Shown in pieces: positions 54,801 through 64,000 of a stretch of DNA of 64,000 bases (position 1 is its first letter; the number at the start of each line of letters is the position of its first letter). The position numbers were made by a program, and so were the translations under genes. Source of the DNA: Oopsacas minuta (taxonomy: Eukaryota; Animalia; Porifera); NCBI GenBank assembly GCA_024704765.1, contig JAKMXF010000277.1:1-64000 (forward strand), read 5' to 3'. The notes beneath the pieces are model-generated. The model saw only the letters and a list, made by a program, of their open reading frames with translations, was not told the origin of the DNA and made no database searches.

Positions 54801-57116
54801 TTCTCCCACTATTTATATACTATTCCTTAAATATTCTAACTATTTGTTAGCCAAATAATGATCTAATGATGTTATGGCTGCTTACCCTGTGAAACATACT
54901 GTTGTAGATCTGCTTGTTGACATTCTTTTCTAGAAAATAAGAATCGACTTTAAACATAAACAAATAAGGCGAATTTTGCATATATTTATTTATTAATGCT
55001 ACTTACCTCTCTTTTGCATCTAAGAATGCTTTTGCAAAGGGATTGTAGCGAATTTTAAGATTTGTGATCTGTGAATATAATACATAAAGTAAGTATATTA
55101 GAGGTCGCTTATTGGCAAGTCGTAATTCGCACGGATTCTCTTGCTAGTTGCTAACACGCGGACTTGCTTAGGAGGAAGTATTTCTACTATAATTCCCTGA
55201 AAATACTTGCTAATGGGCAACACCACCTTATGATACAAAATATAGAATTCAGAATTTAAGTTCAGCATACCTCTTCATTCTGGTAAGCTGTAACAGCTAT
55301 AAACTGAGCATCTGAAAAGCTTGCAGAGCACACCTTTTCTTGGTCACCATCTGAAGTATTTGATTCTACCCTAACGATGTGTACTCTAGGCTCATACTTG
55401 TGAAGAGAGTTGAGCATAATCTGTAGAATTTTAAAGTTCAATTATTGTTAAGAATCTTGCATATTTTTTTGCTGGATTTTCGACTGTAATTAAATTTGAA
55501 AATATTCAGGCTTATAATTCACAATTTTTACCTGTCCATTTGAGTTGAGTTTATTCGACAGTTTAACTTTACAGAACTGTATAGGCTGTTTCATCCAATG
55601 ACTACCAAAGTGTGGAGAATCAGGGTGTGTGTATTGACAGCTAGGAGCAGCTGGTTCTGGTTTCCCTCCCACGACCCACTCCCCATTTACAAACTTCCAG
55701 CGTGTACTATCAGCAGCAGCAAAATCCAGCATAACATTGTACATTGCTTTAGGGTCAAGCCCGCGTGCATGTACTTTAAGGATCGGGAACATCCGTCTAT
55801 ATAATTAAAAAACCATCATAAAACCACGTACAGTGGAACTTCATTAATACGAACACCAGGGCGGTCAAATTTGTTCTCCTTATTTGGAGTACTCTACGCA
55901 CTAACCGAAGCATGTCTTATACGAGTATATTCTATACAATTAGGAGATAATCCGTTTTGGAGACCGAGTTTACTGAATTTCGCCTATTTACCCTCTTATA
56001 GTATAATCAAAGTATTTACATAGCTTTCTTGTTATTATTTCATTAATTTTACACTCAATCACTACTATCCTATAGAGTTCATATATTTGGTGAATTTTGT
56101 GCAAGATATCTATGATAAAAATGAGCTCAATGACTTCACTGATATTTCTGATATTATTTGTAAAATTCATCATTAATAATGCGAAAGTTTCTTTGAAATA
56201 TAACCAAAAGTGAAAAGTTTAAAGTATACTTCATTAATAAGGTCATGGTCTATTGAGTCCTAATATTGGAAATATACTGGGTGTATGTACGTAGTTTGAC
56301 AGTTTATATTTATGGAAATTTGAATTTTAGATAAATGAAGATTTATTCTATTACAGCGTATTTTCGCGAAAATTCACATAATCCCGATCCGCTAATTAGC
56401 AATCATATTTTGCATGAATAATTCTTGCGAATTGGCGAACGCCACTGTATTAAGAAATACGAATCAAATTGTATTTACTAACCAATCTTATTCTAATCCA
56501 TACAGTAGTGCAGATTTATGTTAATTGAACCAATATACTTGACAAAGAGGCGAAAATTATTCAAAGTCTTTATAACTTATGAAAACTTAATATGTATAAT
56601 ATGAATATATTATCGATTATAATAATATTCTCCTACAATTTCTAATCAATGATATTACATTTACTGATAATTATAATTCTATCAATATACTGAATTTCAA
56701 TTTTCAATTTATCTACAGTAACACCTCTATATAATTTCATACATGCAAAATGTGATTAATTGTTACCAAGAGGTGTGAAAAATTCATACATATTTGAGTA
56801 ATATAATTATCCACTTTTCAGTCGGATAATTATTTGCCGAGAATATATGAAATTTTTTCAGGGCTTTGTGTATGCAATTTTTGCATACACATGTTAATTC
56901 ATGTATTATCAAATATTCGGTAATAATGTTAATTAATTTTCCTCACCTCCCAGCTTTAGTGACTATCATCTCGTTTGTAAGATTTTTGAATTTCCGCCAA
57001 AGTTCCACGTCTTGTAGATGAAGTTCAGGTTTTTCTGGCATACAGATGTCTGCTCCTTCATCGCAATTATCTCCAGTTAGACCGATTAAACTTTGATACT
57101 GATCGTTTTCTGACAT
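51853..57116 (-). CDS. TBXT: Brachyury (T-box); exons include 57116-56947, 55796-55532, about 55420-55271, 55068-55008, 54929-54885, 54694-54470, 52269-51853
   Basis: [20 protein letters not shown]|[74 protein letters not shown]. The WKxVNGEWxxGGKPEP motif is Brachyury-class specific. Confidence 0.95.
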
Positions 57117-57671
57117 TTTTACCGAATAATGTAATTTAGTTGACTTAATTCTTTGCGATAGAGTGTTATTTTCTGAAGTCTGTGCGAAGCTTATATATAT
57201 TCTGACACCTTTGATACTTTGATGATTTCCAATTAATATTTGAATATGAAGTTGTGATTTATATAACCTAAGAACTAAAATATACTGCGTCATGATTTGA
57301 AAATTATTAAGTCAGCTTGCTTTTAGGCCTACGGATAGAAACAATATATTACTCGGCTTCTCATCACATATTTGAGATTTTCTCAGATGTATGCTATTTC
57401 TGAAAATCGCTACATTATTAAATATTAATTAGGATCATCTGGGAGCTGAAAAATCAGTTGATGAGCGGCAGATAGAAGAGGTGTTAAATAGTTCTCGGTC
57501 TCTAAATAATGGTTTATTTAATTTTGGTAATTAAATATGTTTGTTGCACAAGAGTATTGTGTATTTAATTAAGAACTTTGAAATGCCTTGCTTGTTCATT
57601 ATGTTCATTTTTGCATAAAATTTTATCATGGAATATGATATTGTAATGATTCCGTAGTGAAAGTAACACCT
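56719..57671. promoter_or_regulatory. Cluster of T-box half-sites and TCF/LEF-like sites around Brachyury exon 1
   Basis: TAACACCT 56719, AGGTGTGAAA 56771, TGACACCT 57203, AGGTGTTAAA 57479, TAACACCT 57664; CCTTTGAT 57208 and CTTTGAT 57217. Confidence 0.5.
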
Positions 57672-58386
57672 CAATGTGGAGGCGAGTTGATCTAGCAATG
57701 CTTCACTAATATACGAAGAAAGTTCATCTGTATACTAACTACATTAGTAAATATTGTGGTACAAATTTTCAATTTTATACAAGAATTCTGGATTTTTTGG
57801 CATTTGAATGCTGCATGTAATATCTTAGAATATTATATAACCTTGTGAAAATCAGCTTTATTTAAAAGTCAAAATCTCAAAGAACTTCACCCAATTTCGC
57901 ATATACTATCTAAGTTAATTTGTAAGAACGATTATCAAAACTAATATAGTTTGTTCTGAGAGATATTAACGATATTCATTAGTGAGCTTAGAAGATGATG
58001 TATTATTTCGGCAGTCAAAGCATTCAAGTTCCTACACAATTATCTTTTAATATGATAATGTAATTGACACTTATAACACTTCTGGCTCTGCTTAATTCAA
58101 ATGATAAGTTATCAACCAAATACAAACAGAAAATTAGCACAAATCTCAGATTTAAATCATATAAACGCTAATATAATAGATTTTGGCACAAAGCCGTTAC
58201 TTGAATATTATTGTTAATATTAACATTGACAGCATAATATTCGCTGGAACAATTCAATGCATTTTCGCATGTAACTTCATAATTCCAGTAATTAAGTGCT
58301 AACTCTTAACAATATATAAATATTTTTACGCGTATGGTGATATTTAGCTGTTTGTAATGCAGGATTCGTTCTATAACAGTTTAATA

Positions 58387-59330
58387 CAGTGATGTTTTCC
58401 TGGGGAACACCGTCTCCTCACTATTTTTTCTGGGGGAACGCCGTCCCCCCAGATATCACTAGCACAGAAAAAACAAATTCTAGTTGACGTGAATTGTAAT
58501 TCCTCCTTGTAGGATAGTAGCAATAATCTATATTAATAAATCTCTATCATTGTCTGCTTGTTTGTTTGTTTGTTTGTTTGTTTGTCCGTTGTCAAGGAAA
58601 GGATATACGGTCTGCAAAGTTGAAATTGGCGCATAACTATGTATTTATCATGTTTATCAAGGCTGTAAATAAAATTCAATGAAACTTCACTAAATATATC
58701 GAACATGCTAAATCTGATTTTCAAACTTATGGATTAATCATATGTAAATATATTGTTGTTCTTATGAATATAAAGTAAACAAATTAGCCAAATCTCAAAA
58801 TATACGTACATGTTTGCTCTAAACGGCTACCCAGGGGTAAATATGTACGCTGAATCCGAATTTCGCATATACAAGTGTCTCTTATGTATATTTATTGTTG
58901 TTTATATGAATATAGGTAAACAAATTTCAAAATTGGGGTATCATTATACTTTTAACGAGTATCAGGGGGTAATCGTGTATGCTGAATCCAAATATGGTAT
59001 TGTAAACAACATATTGTGAAAATTTGTTTACTTTTAGGTACATAAAGTAATAAAATTTTAATTTTATCGCAGAATCATACTTTCAACAGCTATATTGGAA
59101 TAATCGAGTATGCTGAGTCCGATTATTGTAAACAACATTAATATTATTAAATCTCAATTGTTGTTTGTCCGTTGAATACCTCGAGGCGAAATTCGCCGAG
59201 TTCACCGCGAAGGGACGAGCCAAAGGCTCGTAATATTTGTATTTTAACATCTGAATTTCATTATTACATCATTTTCCACGTCTAGGCTGATAGAACGCTC
59301 CCCCACTTCTAAAATTGGGAAACATCACTG
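58387..59330. mobile_element. 944-bp non-autonomous hAT-like DNA transposon
   Basis: TIR CAGTGATGTTTTCC vs CAGTGATGTTTCCC (reverse complement of the right end). Exact 8-bp TSD GTTTAATA at 58379-58386 and 59331-59338. No transposase ORF. Confidence 0.88.
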
Positions 59331-61402
59331 GTTTAATATATAATTTCTAAAAATTTTTGTTTAATTACTTATTGTTTATACCAAAACCTCTGTATTTCTA
59401 GGTTTCTCTATACTTTGTCATTACAAATCATATCGTTATTTCAATATAGTTTGACTCCACCATAATACAAAAGCATAGGGCGGGTGGCCATGACGTCATC
59501 TTTGCTCGCCCAGTCTCATGAGTTCATTAGCGCATATGAATTTAATACGAATTCGACTTTCCAAGAGTGCACTATATACGAAACTCCTATACATAACTCC
59601 TTCAATAATTATAATTGGTATTTGGCGCTATTATATATTTTACCCAAAATAACAAATTTACAATTTTGACCTCCAAGTGGACAGTCTAACCCAACAAGAG
59701 AAATCAGTGTGATTAAGTCCATAATATTTCAATAACCTATCAAAAACAAGGGACAACTATTGCTTCCCAGCCTCAAAGCTCTTCCATCTATGAAGATAGC
59801 ATAATACTAATTACATTGTTGATAATTATATATTGAATACTTCTCTAATTGCATTCGATTGTTATTATAAGAGCAATGGATAATCAGCTCCCTAAAGTGT
59901 CTAATGGTTAACTTGTCATTCATTCGAGTATTAATTTAATTTATATCACATTTGAATGTAACTTTATGGCTAAAAAATTGCAGATCTATTTTGTCTGGAT
60001 GGAAAAGATTAGAAAGTTCGACTACCCAAAATGACTTTGATTTGAACTGATCGCGTAGTACTATTCTTATCAATTGAACTGGCGATTGAGATAAAGAATT
60101 ATACATATCGCATGACGAAAATAATATTTACGTTAACATTATTTGGATTATGAATTATTGCATGGCAAACCCTAAAAACCGAACTTGTGACTTGATTTTG
60201 TTGAAAATCTATCATATTATCCTGTGTCATAACACTACAATAAAATGACATAGTTATCGTAGAACAATCAAACGATAGCGAATTCTCAATGGACTCGACC
60301 ACCACAATTTAATAGCAAACATATGTTCGCAACATTCTTGAAAATAACACTCGTGCAATTTATATGAATTCATAATTCTGTGGATTGTTACCTTGGCTCA
60401 AATAGACTGTATCATTATTGGTGGTCTATTTAGCTGTTTGATTTTGCTACTGCTCGAAATGTATATGAATATAATTGTTGAAAAAATACGAAAAAAAATA
60501 TTTAGTGGATATATATATATTTATAGATTCCATTTTATTATGCAAATTTTCATATTTTTCGTATCACATTGGGCTTCGACTCTAACACAGACCTGCGACA
60601 CACCAATTCTACAGACTACCGCATTAAATGTGAGTCTCACAGCCCTGCTAGGATCAACAAACGATAGGTTAACTACACAATCTATTCCAGTATGAAATTC
60701 TGACTCATATTGGCTTGCACATCCAACTACAGATCTCACAGTACAGGTTCAATTTTATGGGACTACGAATTCGCTCTATTTATTTTTCACTCCGTTTCCA
60801 GAAGTTCCAAGTTGCCACAGGCCCGTTTGTGGAGGTTGCACTGTAATCTATTGTAGCTTTGTAAGTCAACAAAATGATTGCATAATGATTTTCTTGGAAA
60901 AACGGACGAAAAGCAACTGACAATTACTACATATAATATTGTAGTATCTAAGATTCCAAATTTACAGATGATTTTAATTACCACTATTTCAATCACAAGG
61001 TTATGAATGTGGTTGCGATAAGAATACATTGTAGCAACAGCTAATCGAATTAAGTATATACAAGCATAGCATTACGCCATTCTTGTTGTTAAGGAATATT
61101 TTAATTAGTCTGTGTTGAATATACGTTATTTTCCAAAAATTAATCGAATGATTCCACATTTCATAGTAGATCAACACATTGGTACCTCATTAACAAACCA
61201 ACACATTGGTTGATTATTTGTAAAAGCAATAATTATTTGATTCACAAATTTGTGGTCAGCTGTCGCAGTCTACTCACACTTATTATCTTTGTTTGAATAT
61301 TTTCGCGATAACTGCAAAATTATAGTGATCGGCTGCATTTAGAATTAATTTTATGCTGTAAAAAATATAATTATATCCACCCATGAATATTACACTAAAA
61401 CT

Positions 61403-62482
61403 ATGATCGAGTCTAAAACTAATGACGGACTATTGTACCTCATTTCAATGCAGAATAACACGACTAAAGAAGTGCTCACCTATCTGATCTTTCTCCCAAT
61501 ACTCCTTGGGGTAACGGGTTATATTTTCGGACCGTATTATGCCAAAGACCTTTTCCATTTCACGGTTTCATTTGTGCTTACACTGATTATAGCAGTCTAT
61601 GGTTATAAAAGGAAATCTTTGAGTATAGATGGTGCCATGTATTCTGTCATAGTAGGGCATACACTAACATTTGCTAATGCAGCTTTCTTCTCTTGTTTGA
61701 TTACATTTTTCCTGACCGGATCCAAGCTTACAAAGTATAAATCCGCTAAAAAATTTGCAAACTTGGAGCAAGAACACATCACAGGGGGTAGACGAACATA
61801 TCTCCAGGTTTTGTGTAACGGTTTAGTTTCGACTATATGCGCTATGGGATATATTCTGTATGGCGGTCAAGGCATCACAGGTGCGCATGTTTCAAGAAAA
61901 CAACTTCAATACGAATTCATAGCCAGGCTACCATATATCCACCCAGTTATTTTTGAATTGGGGGTTGTTGTGAGTTTGGCTTCAGCTTGTGGAGACACTT
62001 GGGCCTCAGAGATTGGCTCTGCAATTGGAGGAGTACCCAGACTCATTATAAGACCATTCGGTAAGCCAGTTCCGGTCGGTACAAATGGTGGTGTTACTCT
62101 GTACGGTACTATAGCGAGCTTTATGGGTGGAGGAGTTATCGGTATTGCCTATGTATTGACGGGTATTATATTAAACTTATACATGTCGTATTCTCAAGGC
62201 ACGGGAATTAGCTTAGATCTCCAAGGAGTGTACAGAGTATTTCATTTCTTCGCATTCGCAGGAATTGTTGGATTTTTAGGGTCTGCTGTCGATTCATTAA
62301 TCGGTGGAACCTTCCAATATTCAGGGATAAACGATAGAACGAATAAAGTGAGTGAGAACAAATCTGAATGCACGCAACATATAAGCGGCTGGGATATCCT
62401 TGACAATAACATGGTCAACTTAGTGTCTATTGCTATTGTTACTGTAGCTGTATGCTGTGTACTTTATAAAATGGATCAATAA
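61403..62482 (+). CDS. TMEM19: TMEM19 / DUF92 multi-pass membrane protein, intronless
   Basis: KRKSLSIDGA, FFLTGSKLTKYK, GGRRTYLQVLCNG, ACGDTWASEIG, VPVGTNGGVTLYGT, DSLIGGTFQYSG, ILDNNMVNLVS. Confidence 0.93.
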   Translation: MIESKTNDGLLYLISMQNNTTKEVLTYLIFLPILLGVTGYIFGPYYAKDLFHFTVSFVLTLIIAVYGYKRKSLSIDGAMYSVIVGHTLTFANAAFFSCLITFFLTGSKLTKYKSAKKFANLEQEHITGGRRTYLQVLCNGLVSTICAMGYILYGGQGITGAHVSRKQLQYEFIARLPYIHPVIFELGVVVSLASACGDTWASEIGSAIGGVPRLIIRPFGKPVPVGTNGGVTLYGTIASFMGGGVIGIAYVLTGIILNLYMSYSQGTGISLDLQGVYRVFHFFAFAGIVGFLGSAVDSLIGGTFQYSGINDRTNKVSENKSECTQHISGWDILDNNMVNLVSIAIVTVAVCCVLYKMDQ

Positions 62483-63327
62483 GTTACCCCATGGATAATT
62501 AGAATATTTAATAGTGTATTTTGTTCCCATGTGATTTTATGTGTCAATAACGAATCTATTAAATCTTTGGATATCGGGGAGTACATCCGGAAATATTCTG
62601 GGTGAGTTAATATTCCTGCCTGTATTTGGACAAGCTACACCTTTTGGTAAATGGGGTATGGCAAGAAATGTGGAGTATTCTCTGGATACTGTAGGAATAA
62701 GAGTTTTCTCAGATTGATGAATTCATTGTTACTGAAATAATGTTTGTACTCATTTTCAGTATATGCAACTAAATTGGTGTGGATATTGTTTTTATGTGCC
62801 AACTGTGCCTGACCGTCCCAATACCTTTGGGCAGGCAGGGTGCAAGTGACCAAAATTGACCTGACAACACATCTCTTGGATTATGTAACGCCAAGATCTA
62901 TCAGAGTAATCTACACTTGTTTCTTACCAAATCAACTTATCATCCACTAATTGCATATGATTATTGAACACTGCCTCCTATGAACAGAAAGACACCAAGT
63001 CTGTCTGCAACTGAGTCTTACTACTTCACACAATTATGAATTCCTCACTCAAGCATTTCTAGATATGACTGTATAATTCTATTATGGAATTACTGTTTTG
63101 TCTACTATCAAATTACGAACATGATCTTTCAGCCATATGATAGAATATGCTGTTTACCTCACCAGCTAATTGCTAGTGAATTGAATGAGTTGGAGAATAA
63201 CTCTACTTCGCCACAACATTGTTTAACAAGCCTCCAATATATCCTCACCAGACATATTGTCGACCTCTACTCACATTTAAGTGAGCTCTTGATACTCTGA
63301 ATTAAATTACAAAATTAAACCAATATA

Positions 63328-64000
63328 ATGAGTGATAGTTACACTTTGCCAAGGAATTTCCGATTCCAACCAAATGCACAGGTCTCAGCGACTTCGCTTA
63401 CCCAGCATGGGGTGTCTATTCCGAACTTACACCAGGACATGTTAGTAGGAAACGAGATGCAGCGATTCGGAAGCGTCCCTGCTAACCTACAAACTCTTCC
63501 ATTCCAAAATATACCCAGCATCCCAGTGTATACCAACAGCTACCCTTACAATTATCCGAGTCGACCTCTAAGCGCGCCTTCTAGCGCTGCATATCAAATT
63601 CCTACGCCAATCCCTACGCATCTACAGCACCCACAAATGAACTGGAGACGTCCTACTAGTGCGTTCTATCCAGTATCCAGTCCGAACGACTATTTCTACA
63701 CGGGCATACCTGTAACGAGAAGTGCGTCCTATCCTCTGCAACATACGACTCAGAGTCCGCAGAGAAGACACAGCATGCCCGTAAACAAAGGATCGACTTC
63801 TGATGAATCCAATAATAATGTGAAGAAAATCCAATTAGCGAATAAGTTAGAGTTGGAAGAGGTAAAGCTGAACAAAAAATCTCGTGAAGCATACGTTGGT
63901 CTCGTGATTGAAGTATTACCAGAATCATTGGATCAGGATGTTATTCTTGTCGTACAGAGGGTCACGGTCGGAGGTCTATGCCAAAAAGATGGTAGAATAA
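63328..64000 (+). CDS. 5' part of a PDZ-domain protein, truncated by the window end
   Basis: Not in the ORF track. Open frame from ATG 63328 to the end: Pro/Ser/Tyr-rich region, then EVKLNKKSREAYVGLVIEVLPESLDQDVILVVQRVTVGGLCQKDGRI, a PDZ-like start. Confidence 0.7.
   Translation, partial: MSDSYTLPRNFRFQPNAQVSATSLTQHGVSIPNLHQDMLVGNEMQRFGSVPANLQTLPFQNIPSIPVYTNSYPYNYPSRPLSAPSSAAYQIPTPIPTHLQHPQMNWRRPTSAFYPVSSPNDYFYTGIPVTRSASYPLQHTTQSPQRRHSMPVNKGSTSDESNNNVKKIQLANKLELEEVKLNKKSREAYVGLVIEVLPESLDQDVILVVQRVTVGGLCQKDGRI

Overview
AT-rich, very gene-dense eukaryotic genomic DNA. Gene content (Runx, Brachyury, cGMP-dependent kinase, axonemal dynein subunits), many intronless genes and short GT-AG introns (about 55-130 nt) point to an early-branching animal, plausibly a glass sponge; the species is an inference. 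I reconstructed by eye about 17 protein-coding genes, most with phase-consistent splice junctions: Rac1, SLC25A33/36, CWF19L1, RBM42, a membrane-anchored STAND NTPase-TPR protein, a coiled-coil plus triple ubiquitin-like protein, an uncharacterised Ser/Pro-rich protein, DNAJC12, OXR1/NCOA7, an Ig-domain receptor pseudo-phosphatase, a small membrane protein, DNAI7/CASC1, a tail-anchored 7xCH-domain protein, DNAI1, Runx, PRKG, Brachyury, TMEM19 and a 3'-truncated PDZ protein. Several families of short TIR elements (MITEs) sit mainly in introns, and one 944-bp hAT-like element has an exact 8-bp TSD. The most interesting signals are: an operon-like run of six same-strand genes with splice-acceptor-like AGs just before start codons (possible SL trans-splicing); clusters of cognate binding sites at Runx and Brachyury (possible autoregulation, plus a T-box/TCF composite site); a Runx lacking the terminal WRPY; and several unusual protein architectures. 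No prokaryotic, CRISPR, rRNA or tRNA features were supported.
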